Assembly: GCA_017936585.1 (NCBI GenBank)
Contig: JAGBFI010000037.1
Coordinates: forward strand, 1 to 55,440
Source: Clostridia bacterium
GTDB lineage: Bacteria > Bacillota > Clostridia > Christensenellales > UBA1242
Reading direction: 5' to 3'
DNA: 55,440 bases
The notes beneath the pieces were generated by a model that was not told where the DNA came from, did no database searches, and worked only from the letters and a program-made list of their open reading frames with translations. Below, in pieces: positions 26,508-36,639 of this stretch. The translations under genes were made by a program, and so were the position numbers. The number at the start of each line of letters is the position of its first letter. Position 1 is the first letter of the stretch.

Positions 26508-29500
26508 ATGAAACTGGAAGAGCAAGAAAGAGTGCTTCAAAACAACAAAAAAAACATGTTGGTCAGTGCGTCAGCGGGCAGTGGCAAGACTTATATCATG
26601 ATTAAGTATATATGTCAACTGATTTGTGAAAACAAAATCCCCCTAAAAAACTTTTTAGTGCTTACATTCACAAAAGCTGCCGCGACGCAGATGAAAGAGA
26701 GACTCCTTCAAAGGCTGAAAGAGCAGCCAGCTGACGAGTTTATCATTGAGCAAATCGATTCTCTGCCAACAGCGAACATTTCAACAATTCACTCTTTTTG
26801 CGAAAAATGTTTGAAAAAACATGCAAATTTATTGGATTTAAATGAAAATTTCTCAATAATTGATGAAAGTATTTCAAAAAGATATCGAAGCGAGGCGTTT
26901 GAAAAAGCGCTCAAAAACTTTGCAAAGTGCAACGAAGAAGGCTATGCCGCTTTGATGGAAGCGTTTAAGAATGACAAGAAAAAAATCAAGGAAATTGTTT
27001 TTGAAATTCAAATGCTGTCATCAGCGGTTGCGAATAAGGACGAATTTTTGAAGCAAAATCTTGAAAATTCCGAAATATTATTTGATGATTCGGCAAAGTT
27101 TTTGGCGGCATCTTATAAGAACGCTGTTTTGCAGTCATTGGATGAGATTGAAAAACTCCACGTGGATGATTTCGAATTGCAGTTGCGAGAGAAACTGAGT
27201 GCATTTCTTGAAAGTGTCAACTTGTTTGAGATGGCTGCTGCTGCCGAAAATTTCTCTTTTCCATATTTGCCAAAGCGAAAAATTGTTGGAGATGAGGTTG
27301 TTGACAAGTTGCAATCGATTAAAGGTGGCATTGTTGACAAACTTTCAAAGCTCAAAGAGTTGAATCTTTCTGATGAGCAGAATGTGGAAATGCAAAGGAT
27401 GGGAAAACTTGAAAAAAGTCTTTTGAAACTTTTTGAGATTTATGAACAAGAGGAAAACAAAATCAAAAAATCGCAAAATTGTTTGGATTTCAGCGATTTG
27501 GAAAAATGGATGAGCTTGCTTTCTCAAAAAGAAAATTTGTTTGACGGATTGCAGTTTGTTTTTGTGGATGAATATCAGGACACAAACAAAATTCAAGAAA
27601 AAATCATAAAAAATGTCGCAAAAAATTGCAATTTTGTTGCAGTTGGGGATGTTAAGCAAGGAATTTATGGCTTCAGATTGGCGAGCGCGGAGATCTTTCT
27701 TAAGGATTTGAAGGAATTTTCTGAGGACGAAAATTCGAACGTAAACTATTTGCAATCAAATTTCAGAAGTGACAAAAATGTTTTGGAGTTTGTCAACGAT
27801 ATTTTCAAGGTTTGTATGACTGAAGAAACTGGCGGAGTGAATTATGAAAAAACTTCAATGTTGAAGGGAGTTGGAGAATTTGTCAGCGATGGAGAAAAAT
27901 CGGTCACTGTTGACATTTTGACTGAGGATGAAGAGTCTGATGATGAAATTCCGGAAGTTTACAGTGTTAAAAATGCCAAATTGAAAACCAACAACAAAAA
28001 CAAAAGAATGTTGCTTGACATTAAAAGACGAATTTTGGAGGTGATGCAGTCCAAAATTTCTGACGGGGGTGAGTTGCGTTCATGCAAATTCAGCGACATC
28101 GCAATTCTCTCGCGAAAAAGAGATTTCTTGTTCAATGAAATTGAAATATGCTTGCAAGAGAGTGGAATTCCTGTGATTTCAAATTCAAGAAACAATCTTC
28201 TTGATGAGCCTCAAGTGAAGGTGCTTTTGAATTATTTGAAACTTGCACTTGCCTTTGATGACGACATTGCTTGTCTCAGTGTTTTGCTTTCTGGGCTTTA
28301 TGGGTTTTCAATTGAAAAAATTGAGAAAATCGAAAAAAATGATGAAAAATTATGCGAAAATATCAGAAAAAATCAAAATTTTTCGCAATTTATTCAAGAT
28401 TTGCAAGATTTTAAGTTTGATTATGTTGTTTTTGGACTCAAAAAATCGTTTGAAAACTTATTTATGAAAACTGGATATCGTGCATTTTTAAACGGCAAAA
28501 AAGATGCAATCAAAGTGAATGCTTTTGTCGACAAGTTTTTGACTGAAGTTTCAAAGTTTGATTTTGACCTTCCAAAGGCAATTCAATATATTGAAAATGT
28601 GGAAATTCCTGTTTCGGCAGAGGTGTCGGTGGTGGAAGATGCGGTGCTTTTGACGACAATTCACAACAGCAAGGGGTTGGAATATCCAATTGTTTTTGTT
28701 GTGGGGTGCGACAAAAGCTTGTCAAAGGCAAGACCTAAGTCTGACCTTGAAATCAACGAAAATTTTGGACTGGCACTCAAGATGTATGACAGCGAAAGTA
28801 ACCGCGAGATTGTTGGCGTTAAGATGAGAGCAATTCAAGAACAGCAATCTGAAAAAGATTTTGTTGAAGAATTGATGATTTTTTATGTTGCGTTGACAAG
28901 GGCGAAAAATCGGCTCTATCTTTTTGGACAAGACAAAAATTCAATCTATGAAAGATATGGCATAAGACAATGTGACAGCTATTTCGATTTCATCTTCTTT
29001 GCGCTTAAAAATGTCAAAAAACAATTTTTGGAAGATGGCAATTTTGAGGATGAAATTCTTTCGTTTAACCTTATTGAAGAGGTGGGTGAAATTCAAATTG
29101 GAGAGAAACAAAACCTTGAAGAAGGTGAATTTGTACCACAAAGTCTTGAAAAAATTGAGAAATATCTTGATTTCGAATATAAATTTGATGAAAATTTGAA
29201 TTTCAGATTGAAAGAAAGCGTAACGAGTTTGGGGAATAAAAACCAAGAAGAAAAACTTGTGAAATTCAACAATGACAGTTTCAATTTTGCAAGCGACATG
29301 GTTGACATTGGAAATGCTTATCACTTTGCGCTGAAGGCGATTGATTTTGAAAAAGTGTCTTCTTTGGAAACGCTCAAAAGAGAAGTTGAAAAGAACAAAG
29401 AGTTTTTTGATGCAAATTTGGTTGATGAAAGAACACTCCTTTCAAACCTTCTCATTTTGAAAGATGTTTGTGACACCGGCAAAGTTGTCAAGGAAAAAGA

Positions 29501-29783
29501 ATTTTTGTTGAGAGACAAACTCTGCAATCTTTTGGGCGGTGATGTAGAAGATGAAATTCTTGTGCAAGGGGTTGTCGATTTGTTTGTTGTGAAGGAAGAT
29601 GAAATTGTACTTGTGGACTATAAATATTCAAATTCAAACAGCGAGGAGTATTTAATTGAAAAATATAAAAATCAATTAAAATTATATAAAATTGCCTTGG
29701 AAAATTCATTTAAATTGCCGGTCAAAGATATTTATTTGTTGTCGCTTCGCAATAATAAATTGATAAATGTAAAAATATTATAA
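26508..29783 (+). CDS. addA: AddA/RexA helicase-nuclease subunit
   Basis: SASAGSGKT, VDEYQD, GDVKQGIYGFR, TIHNSKGLE, YVALTRAK, QGVVDL..DYK. Confidence 0.93.
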   Translation: MKLEEQERVLQNNKKNMLVSASAGSGKTYIMIKYICQLICENKIPLKNFLVLTFTKAAATQMKERLLQRLKEQPADEFIIEQIDSLPTANISTIHSFCEKCLKKHANLLDLNENFSIIDESISKRYRSEAFEKALKNFAKCNEEGYAALMEAFKNDKKKIKEIVFEIQMLSSAVANKDEFLKQNLENSEILFDDSAKFLAASYKNAVLQSLDEIEKLHVDDFELQLREKLSAFLESVNLFEMAAAAENFSFPYLPKRKIVGDEVVDKLQSIKGGIVDKLSKLKELNLSDEQNVEMQRMGKLEKSLLKLFEIYEQEENKIKKSQNCLDFSDLEKWMSLLSQKENLFDGLQFVFVDEYQDTNKIQEKIIKNVAKNCNFVAVGDVKQGIYGFRLASAEIFLKDLKEFSEDENSNVNYLQSNFRSDKNVLEFVNDIFKVCMTEETGGVNYEKTSMLKGVGEFVSDGEKSVTVDILTEDEESDDEIPEVYSVKNAKLKTNNKNKRMLLDIKRRILEVMQSKISDGGELRSCKFSDIAILSRKRDFLFNEIEICLQESGIPVISNSRNNLLDEPQVKVLLNYLKLALAFDDDIACLSVLLSGLYGFSIEKIEKIEKNDEKLCENIRKNQNFSQFIQDLQDFKFDYVVFGLKKSFENLFMKTGYRAFLNGKKDAIKVNAFVDKFLTEVSKFDFDLPKAIQYIENVEIPVSAEVSVVEDAVLLTTIHNSKGLEYPIVFVVGCDKSLSKARPKSDLEINENFGLALKMYDSESNREIVGVKMRAIQEQQSEKDFVEELMIFYVALTRAKNRLYLFGQDKNSIYERYGIRQCDSYFDFIFFALKNVKKQFLEDGNFEDEILSFNLIEEVGEIQIGEKQNLEEGEFVPQSLEKIEKYLDFEYKFDENLNFRLKESVTSLGNKNQEEKLVKFNNDSFNFASDMVDIGNAYHFALKAIDFEKVSSLETLKREVEKNKEFFDANLVDERTLLSNLLILKDVCDTGKVVKEKEFLLRDKLCNLLGGDVEDEILVQGVVDLFVVKEDEIVLVDYKYSNSNSEEYLIEKYKNQLKLYKIALENSFKLPVKDIYLLSLRNNKLINVKIL

Positions 29784-29939
29784 ATAATATGTACCATAAT
29801 AAATATGGGGGATGTAGCGATTTTAAAATTCAATTTTTCCCCATATTTTTTATTGCAAAAAAATTATTTAAAAAATTCTTGAAAATTATTAGTAATTATT
29901 TTGTAACTGTGTTATACTACATACTGTAAATAGGAGGTT

Positions 29940-32414
29940 ATGATGTTTTCAACTCTTTGTGACATTGTAAACAACATCGCGAAATTCTTTTCAAATCTCA
30001 CCACAATGATTGGAGGACTTGATGCTTTATTTTTCATCGCGCTTGCTGTTGAAGTGTTTATCGTTATTTTCTTTTTGGTTAAGTCGATGTTCTCATATGA
30101 GGCAAGCCTGAATCGTTCAATCAACAAACTCAATATGTGGCTGTTTGAAAAGAAAACTGTGACTGAGGAAAATATTAAAGAACTCAACATGCTTTTCAAA
30201 ATGAAAGGACCAAAGAGATTGTGCTATTATTGGCAACAATACATACTTTTCAGAGAGGGAAACCCATCAACATATTTGTCTTCTGAAAACTTGGTTGAAA
30301 AGCCTTTGAAAACAAGCTCATACAACTCAAACATCAAAAACCTGTCAATGTTCTCAACCCTGTGGGCGTTCATTGTGGCAATGTTTGTTTTGGTGGCTGC
30401 TTGCTTTGGCAAATATTTGGAAGGCACACATTTGATTCTTGCCATTCTTGTTCCAATCATTGTTGAAATCATTGCGATAATTTTTGTGGTGTTCCTGCGT
30501 TCAAGAAAAAATGCAACACTCAACGCTTTGTATCAAAACGTTCAGTTGTTTGGAAGATTTATGGATAATGCTTGTGTTGACCTTCCATCATACATTGACT
30601 ATCAAATTCTTTTCACGGTTCAAGAAATTGAAAATGGGCAACCAGTTCTTCGTGAGTTTTTGGACTATAAGGCAAGAACAGAAAAAGAAGCCTTCAACAA
30701 GGCGAAAGAAGAAGATTACAAACATGAAACTTTTGATTTTTCTTCAGCTGGAGTGGACGGCTCACTTGTGCTTGACAGAGCGATGAAGGAAAGTGAAACC
30801 TTCCTGAAAAAGAAAGAAAAGATTTTGCTTGGAATTTCAACTTTGGAAGCCGAACTTGATTCAAGAAAGAAAAACTTTGACACAGTTCAAAAAGACTACC
30901 AAACAAAGATTCAAGCTTCAAAAGAAAACGTGGATAGATTGCGTCAAATGCAAGAAGAAACCACAAACAGAATTGAAAGTAATTATTACAGAAAACAACA
31001 AACTCAAGAAATTGCCAAACAAGAAACCTACGAGCAAGAGTTCGAGCAACAAAGAGCGAAATATTTGCTTGAAAAGAAAGAATGTGAAGACGAAATTGCA
31101 AAACTCAATAATGATCTTGAAAACTACAAAGCTGACGCTGAGAATGCAATGAAGAGTGAATATCAAACATTCTTTGACAAATTCTGCAAGAGTGCAGAAA
31201 AAGTTGTTACAAAGTCTTTCGGAGACAAGTGGACAACTTTAAAAACAGAAAATGAAGCTTACAAGCAACGCATAACGGAACTTGAAATCAAACTTAAGAG
31301 CGTTCCTCAAGGCGAATTTGATGCAGCTATGCAAGAAATTCAATCTGTGCAAGAGGCATCAGAAGCAAATGAAGGACACTATGATGAAAATGGAAATTAT
31401 GTTTACGCAAACGGAACTTTCTATGATGCAGAAGGCAATTTCCATGACCAGAACGGAAATGTTTATTCTCAAGATGGCATATTGATTTCGGCAGCGGCAG
31501 TTCAACAGCCAGAACCTGTTGAAGAAAAGCCAGAAGAGAAGAGTATTGTTGATTTTGACTCTTTTGATGCGTTTGATTTCATGACTGATACAACTCAAAA
31601 AGCGGACATCTATGGTGTTGCTGAAAATGTGATTAAAGAGGTTGACCAAGGCGAAACTTTGGAAGTTGTAAACAATGCTGAAAAAACTCCAATTGTTGAT
31701 ATGGAAGATTTCAGTTTTGATGACGAGCCAAAAGCTGAAGAAAAGCATGTAAAACAAGAAGACGATGTTGTTGACTTTGATTTTGATGAAATTTCAGGAC
31801 ATGAGGTGGAGGAAACAGTTGAAGAGACTCCAAAACGTAAAGCTGGCCGACCAAGAAAGATTGTGAAAGAGGAAGAAATCGCTCAACCTGCAAAGAAGAG
31901 AGGACGTCCAAGAAAGGAAGTTCCTGCAGTTGTTGAGGAAGCTCCAAAACGCAAGGCAGGGCGTCCAAGAAAAATCGTTGAAGCTCCAGTTGAGCCAAAG
32001 AAAAAGGTTGGCAGACCAAAGAAAGCGGTTGCTGCTGCTCCAGAGCCAGAAAAGAAGAAAGTTGGAAGACCTAAGAAAATCATCAAAGACGAACCTGTTG
32101 CAGAAAAGAAAGGAAGAGGTCGTCCAAAAAAAAACGACTCAATTGAAGAAATAAACAAAAAGCTTGCAGATGAAGAGAAAAAGTTGAAGAAAATGAGAAA
32201 TTCTTTGAGCAAAGACTTGGAAGATGCAGTGACCGAAATTGAAAGCGTATCAAAATCAAAAGATGCAAAAAGACAAAAGATGATTGCTGAAATTGATAAG
32301 TTGCAAAAGGAAGCTGAACAAGTTATGGGCGAGAGCGGCTCAGAAAAAAAACTGACCGAAATAAACAGCAAACTTGAGAACCTGCTTAAAGAAATCAAAA
32401 AACTTAACGCATAA
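29940..32414 (+). CDS. Three-TM coiled-coil protein with aromatic/Gly repeat, acidic region and six AT-hooks
   Basis: Hydrophobic segments at about aa 24-47, 135-157 and 164-186; GRP[RK]K six times; GGAGG RBS; terminator downstream. Confidence 0.85.
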   Translation: MMFSTLCDIVNNIAKFFSNLTTMIGGLDALFFIALAVEVFIVIFFLVKSMFSYEASLNRSINKLNMWLFEKKTVTEENIKELNMLFKMKGPKRLCYYWQQYILFREGNPSTYLSSENLVEKPLKTSSYNSNIKNLSMFSTLWAFIVAMFVLVAACFGKYLEGTHLILAILVPIIVEIIAIIFVVFLRSRKNATLNALYQNVQLFGRFMDNACVDLPSYIDYQILFTVQEIENGQPVLREFLDYKARTEKEAFNKAKEEDYKHETFDFSSAGVDGSLVLDRAMKESETFLKKKEKILLGISTLEAELDSRKKNFDTVQKDYQTKIQASKENVDRLRQMQEETTNRIESNYYRKQQTQEIAKQETYEQEFEQQRAKYLLEKKECEDEIAKLNNDLENYKADAENAMKSEYQTFFDKFCKSAEKVVTKSFGDKWTTLKTENEAYKQRITELEIKLKSVPQGEFDAAMQEIQSVQEASEANEGHYDENGNYVYANGTFYDAEGNFHDQNGNVYSQDGILISAAAVQQPEPVEEKPEEKSIVDFDSFDAFDFMTDTTQKADIYGVAENVIKEVDQGETLEVVNNAEKTPIVDMEDFSFDDEPKAEEKHVKQEDDVVDFDFDEISGHEVEETVEETPKRKAGRPRKIVKEEEIAQPAKKRGRPRKEVPAVVEEAPKRKAGRPRKIVEAPVEPKKKVGRPKKAVAAAPEPEKKKVGRPKKIIKDEPVAEKKGRGRPKKNDSIEEINKKLADEEKKLKKMRNSLSKDLEDAVTEIESVSKSKDAKRQKMIAEIDKLQKEAEQVMGESGSEKKLTEINSKLENLLKEIKKLNA

Positions 32415-32420
32415 CAAAAA

Positions 32421-32448
32421 AAAGACCACATAAAACGGTGGTCTTTTT
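32421..32448. terminator. Intrinsic terminator
   Basis: AAAAGACCAC-loop-GTGGTCTTTT. Confidence 0.75.
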
Positions 32449-32508
32449 CTTTTGGGAAGCGGCCTAAGGGAAAAGAAAAAACATCACTCAAAATGATGTT
32501 TTTTGATT

Positions 32509-32811
32509 TTAATTTATGAATGAAACCATGCCTGTTGAAAATCCGTAGATGAGCATAACGATTGCAAGGATGATGAAGATTGCGGCAATTACATAGTTGA
32601 GATGTTGAGATTTAACGCTGCTTTTCTCTTTGCAGTAGGCACCATTGTAAAGCAGAGCCAATCCCACAAAATACACAACATAGGTTGCGCAGAGATATGT
32701 GTCAAAAGTTTTTATGATGTTGAAATGATAAAGCAAAGTGAAGATGATTGTCAAAATGCCGAAGATTATTCCCATCACCATGAATTTTTTGCCATTTTTT
32801 GTGAACTCCAT
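32509..32811 (-). CDS. Small three-TM membrane protein
   Basis: Three hydrophobic segments; GGAGG RBS on the minus strand. Confidence 0.75.
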   Translation of the reverse strand: MEFTKNGKKFMVMGIIFGILTIIFTLLYHFNIIKTFDTYLCATYVVYFVGLALLYNGAYCKEKSSVKSQHLNYVIAAIFIILAIVMLIYGFSTGMVSFIN

Positions 32812-32878
32812 AAAAACCTCCTTTTTATACTTAGATTTTAGAATTTTTGAAAAATTATGTCAAACAATTTCGACAAAA

Positions 32879-33721
32879 TTAAACAAAGACAGGAACAAAA
32901 TTTTCTGTTGCGCTTTCAAAATCTTGGACATAGCCGTTTTCAAGACCGAGTTTTTCCATATGTGTAAGCACGGTTTTATATTCAATTGCTGTGATTTTTC
33001 GATTTAATTTGCTTTTTCCATTTGGCGTGAATTGGCTCATGATGCTCACCTTTCGGTCTGGGAAATTTTTTGCAATAACATCAAGTGTTTCGAGTGAGTT
33101 TTTCACATGTCCCGGAAGGACTAGATGTCGCAAAAGAACCCCTTGTTTCATGAACTCGCCATCAAAGACATCCTCTTTTTGGTGGCACATTTCTTTGATT
33201 GCTGGCAGTGTTTTTGTGAAATAATTTGGACAATTTGAAAATTCCGCTCCAAGGGAGTCGTTGGAATATTTAATGTCCGTCAAAAATACATCCACAAACT
33301 TGCTGACCATTTGCACGTTTTCAAGAGCCTCATATCCGTTTGTGTTCCAAATGACTGGAACTTCTTTTTTAAACAACGTGAACACTTCCGCCAGTTGACG
33401 CGAAAAGTGGGTTGGGGTGATAAGGTCGATTGAGGAGTGAGTTTTTTGTTTTTCTTGCAAGAGAGTGGCAAACTCTTCTATGGTGTAAAACTCTCCAACC
33501 CCGCCACGGGAAATTTTGTAATTTTGGCAATAATCACATTTGAGATTGCAGCCAGAGAAAAAGATGGCAAGAGTTCCACTTTCTTTTGAAAGACAGGGTT
33601 CTTCCCAGCTGAAATGCTCTATGATTTTTGCAACTCTGATTTTTGCAAGCTCTTGACAAAAGCCTTTTTGAGAGTTTCTATCAACTCCACAACTCCGTGG
33701 ACAAAGATTACATTTTTCCAT
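32879..33721 (-). CDS. Radical SAM protein (PflX-like)
   Basis: CNLCPRSC, WEEPCLS, CNLKCDYCQN, RHLVLPG. Confidence 0.88.
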   Translation of the reverse strand: MEKCNLCPRSCGVDRNSQKGFCQELAKIRVAKIIEHFSWEEPCLSKESGTLAIFFSGCNLKCDYCQNYKISRGGVGEFYTIEEFATLLQEKQKTHSSIDLITPTHFSRQLAEVFTLFKKEVPVIWNTNGYEALENVQMVSKFVDVFLTDIKYSNDSLGAEFSNCPNYFTKTLPAIKEMCHQKEDVFDGEFMKQGVLLRHLVLPGHVKNSLETLDVIAKNFPDRKVSIMSQFTPNGKSKLNRKITAIEYKTVLTHMEKLGLENGYVQDFESATENFVPVFV

Positions 33722-33852
33722 ATTTGATATGATAACTTAATTGCGCTGTGGATGTCAACAAAACAAAAGAAACAAAAAATACTGGACAAAAGCGTTTGTT
33801 TGTGATATTATATACACCATAATTACATATTTTTATTTTAAGGAGACAAAAA

Positions 33853-35238
33853 ATGCACCCCTGTAGTATGCTTTTAGCAACACAATTTAATTACACTCAC
33901 GGAATTTTGATTTTCGCCATCGCTTTACTGCTGTTATGTTCAGCTTTCTTTTCGGCAAGCGAGACAGCGTTCTCTTCGATGAATCTCATCAGAGTTCGCA
34001 CAATGGCAGAAAACAAGGTTAAAGGTGCAAGAAAAGCTCTTTACATTGCGGAACACTCAGACAGAGCGTTGACAACCATTCTTGTTGGAAACAACATTGT
34101 GAACATTTTGTCAACAACCTTGTGTGCGTTTATTTTGGGGCAACTGATTGACAATGCAACATTACTGAACGTTCTCAACACTGTTGTGATGACAATTGTT
34201 ATTTTGATTACTGGCGAAATTTTGCCAAAGTCAATGGCAAAGGCGAACCCTGAAAAGTTTGCTGTCAGACTTTCTTTTTTGCTATACTTTGTCATGAAGA
34301 TAACCTACCCAATTGTGATTTGTTTCTATGGTTTGCAAAAACTTTGCACAAAGAAAAAAAATAAGGAAAAACAAGAGGCGACTTACACTGAAGATGAACT
34401 TGAAAGCATCATCGACACCATGGAAGAAGAGGGCGTGCTTGAAAAAGAAGATGTAGACATCATTCAAGGAACATTTAAATTGAAAGAAGCAACTGCTGAT
34501 GATATCATGACTCACCGTGTTGATGTTGTGTTCTTAAATGTGAACTCCACAAGTGATGAAATTGAAAAAGTTTTCAATGAATCACAATACAGCAGAATCC
34601 CAGTTTATCAGGATAATTCAGACAATGTTGTTGGACTTTTGAACATAAAAGATTATTTCAAAGCAAAAATTGAAGGCAAAAGCGTGGAACTTAAAGACAT
34701 CATGACTGAGCCTTTGTTTACGGCGGAGAATACTGTTGTTGATACTCTCATCAAAGAAATGCAGAAAGCCAAGAAGCATTTGGCTGTTGTACTTGATGAG
34801 CATGGCGGAGTTTCGGGAATTGTGACAATGGAAGACTGCGTTGAAACGATTTTCGGTGAAATCTTTGACGAAACAGACCAAGACGAAAAGGCCCCCGTGA
34901 TTGAGCAAATCGGGGATGACGAATACAGTGTGGATGCGGAAATCTCAATTGAGGAACTTTTTGACAGACTTGAAGTTGAAAATTTGCCAGAAAATCCATA
35001 TCAAACTGTCAATGCGTTTATGTTTGACCTTTCTGAGGAAATTCCTGAGAAGGGAAGCCAATATGAATTCTTTACTGTTGATGAAATCATCGACGAAGAA
35101 GGGAATTTAACTCAACACAGAATAAACATGATTTTTACTGTCACTGAAATGGATGGAAGAAGAATCGAAAAGGTCAACCTTAAAATCAAATACATTGATG
35201 AGGTTGAAGATGATGAGAATGAGAAAAAAGAGCACTGA
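33853..35238 (+). CDS. HlyC/CorC (CNNM) family CBS-domain transporter
   Basis: FFSASETA, GEILPK, YSRIPVY, DEHGGVSGIVTMED. Confidence 0.92.
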   Translation: MHPCSMLLATQFNYTHGILIFAIALLLLCSAFFSASETAFSSMNLIRVRTMAENKVKGARKALYIAEHSDRALTTILVGNNIVNILSTTLCAFILGQLIDNATLLNVLNTVVMTIVILITGEILPKSMAKANPEKFAVRLSFLLYFVMKITYPIVICFYGLQKLCTKKKNKEKQEATYTEDELESIIDTMEEEGVLEKEDVDIIQGTFKLKEATADDIMTHRVDVVFLNVNSTSDEIEKVFNESQYSRIPVYQDNSDNVVGLLNIKDYFKAKIEGKSVELKDIMTEPLFTAENTVVDTLIKEMQKAKKHLAVVLDEHGGVSGIVTMEDCVETIFGEIFDETDQDEKAPVIEQIGDDEYSVDAEISIEELFDRLEVENLPENPYQTVNAFMFDLSEEIPEKGSQYEFFTVDEIIDEEGNLTQHRINMIFTVTEMDGRRIEKVNLKIKYIDEVEDDENEKKEH

Positions 35239-35285
35239 TATGCTCTTTTTTTGTTTTGCTGTAAGGTTTTTATGGCGAAGCGGTG

Positions 35286-35954
35286 TTATTTTTCTCTGTC
35301 TTCAAGAAGTTTTGCAACAGCACCAATTCCTTTTCCAACGCCATAGGAATAGTTGCTTGTGTGGAGGATGAAATTGTTGATTGTTCCAACTTTTTCTTCG
35401 ATGTCTTTTTTCAAATTCAAATCGGCAGGAGGCTTCATTGAAAGTTTATAGACAGGATGTCCGCAACTTTTCAAAGAGCGTCTTGTTGCCATAATCATGA
35501 TTTTGTTTCGGTTCCCGATGTTTGAATCTAACATTTGCAAATCTGCGACTATTGAATCCCCAACAAAGATGCAGGTGTCAATTTCGCCATCTTTGTCATA
35601 TTGCTTCAAGAAGGCTTCCACACCATCCTGTTTTGTGGACCCGTTTTCATTCAGATTTTGTCTTTCGCAAAAGGGATTAGGGTTGAGCGGGGTTATGTAT
35701 TTTGAGTTCTCTTCAATCAAATACGCGAATTTGTTTCTCAGGGGTTCGGGGAAATATGATAAAGTTGAAAACAAGTCGCCGCGGATTGATTGTTCAATTC
35801 CAGCGTAGGCAGAGGTTATCACGACAATTTCCAAATTGCCGTCAAAGACCTTATCCAACTTATTCAGTTCACGAAAAAGAATGTATCCTTTTCCTTCGGA
35901 TACATCATCAAAAGTTCCGTTGTAGTCCATAAAAATTGCTGCTTTCTTTTTCAT
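35286..35954 (-). CDS. Hypothetical HAD-like protein
   Basis: FMDYNGT and FVGDS...D motifs. Confidence 0.6.
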   Translation of the reverse strand: MKKKAAIFMDYNGTFDDVSEGKGYILFRELNKLDKVFDGNLEIVVITSAYAGIEQSIRGDLFSTLSYFPEPLRNKFAYLIEENSKYITPLNPNPFCERQNLNENGSTKQDGVEAFLKQYDKDGEIDTCIFVGDSIVADLQMLDSNIGNRNKIMIMATRRSLKSCGHPVYKLSMKPPADLNLKKDIEEKVGTINNFILHTSNYSYGVGKGIGAVAKLLEDREK

Positions 35955-36062
35955 ATGGATAATATTATTACAACTTTATGACTTTGTCAAGACTGCTTTT
36001 TGCATAAATTGATTGTAATTTCTTTAAAAATGTGATAAAATAATCTTGTTAAGGAGCTTAAA

Positions 36063-36458
36063 ATGAATCAAGAGAACGTTATTAAACCACATTTAGTTAA
36101 ACCAATGCTTGAGAAAATTGTTTTTGAGAAAATTTCTCTTCCTCAAGCAAACGCAATGATCAACATCAAACCTGAGGACGTGATTGAGGTGAGAAAGGTG
36201 AGCGAAGAAATTGTGAAAGTGACTTTGCAACGCACGCTTAATGTGACCCCAGAAAACCTTATGAAGCTTTCTGTTGCAATGAGCATTGATGTGCCAGTTG
36301 ACAGTATTGCTTTCATGAAACTTGACGATCCAAAGGAGTACATCAAAAACAGCCAACCAGTGAGAATTTTGATTTCCTATGTTTCTCATCTTATTACAGA
36401 GCTTTCAATGAACACAATTTTGGGGCCAATTGTCACACCTCCAAATATTCAAGAATAA
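36063..36458 (+). CDS. SecB-like chaperone
   Basis: Beta-rich body; C-terminal helix S.LITELS....GPIVTPP resembles the SecB-like signature. Confidence 0.5.
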   Translation: MNQENVIKPHLVKPMLEKIVFEKISLPQANAMINIKPEDVIEVRKVSEEIVKVTLQRTLNVTPENLMKLSVAMSIDVPVDSIAFMKLDDPKEYIKNSQPVRILISYVSHLITELSMNTILGPIVTPPNIQE

Positions 36459-36543
36459 GAACAAAAAACAAAGCAAGTTTGCATCAAAACATCTCGCGTG
36501 GTTTTGAAATTTTTGAGAATGCTTGCAAATTTGTTTTTTCTTT

Positions 36544-36618
36544 GCGAAAGTGGCCTAGTGGTATGGCATCAGCTTCCCAAGCTGAGGGTCGCGGGTTCGA
36601 ATCCCGTCTTTCGCTCCA
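36544..36618 (+). tRNA. tRNA-Gly(CCC)
   Basis: GCGAAAG...TCAGCTTCCCAAGCTGA...GGTTCGAATCCC..CTTTCGCTCCA. Confidence 0.92.
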
Positions 36619-36639
36619 AATATAAAATAAAACATGACA

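Noticed and set aside
32126-32134. A9 run as a second recoding site
   Set aside because: The gene is intact in frame across it, and A runs are common in this genome
31883-32491. 202-aa hydrophobic minus-strand ORF
   Set aside because: Mirror of the Lys/Glu-rich AT-hook region
29940-32811. Zorya or MotAB system
   Set aside because: No OmpA/MotB-domain partner or ZorC/D/E nearby, and the MotA channel signature is absent
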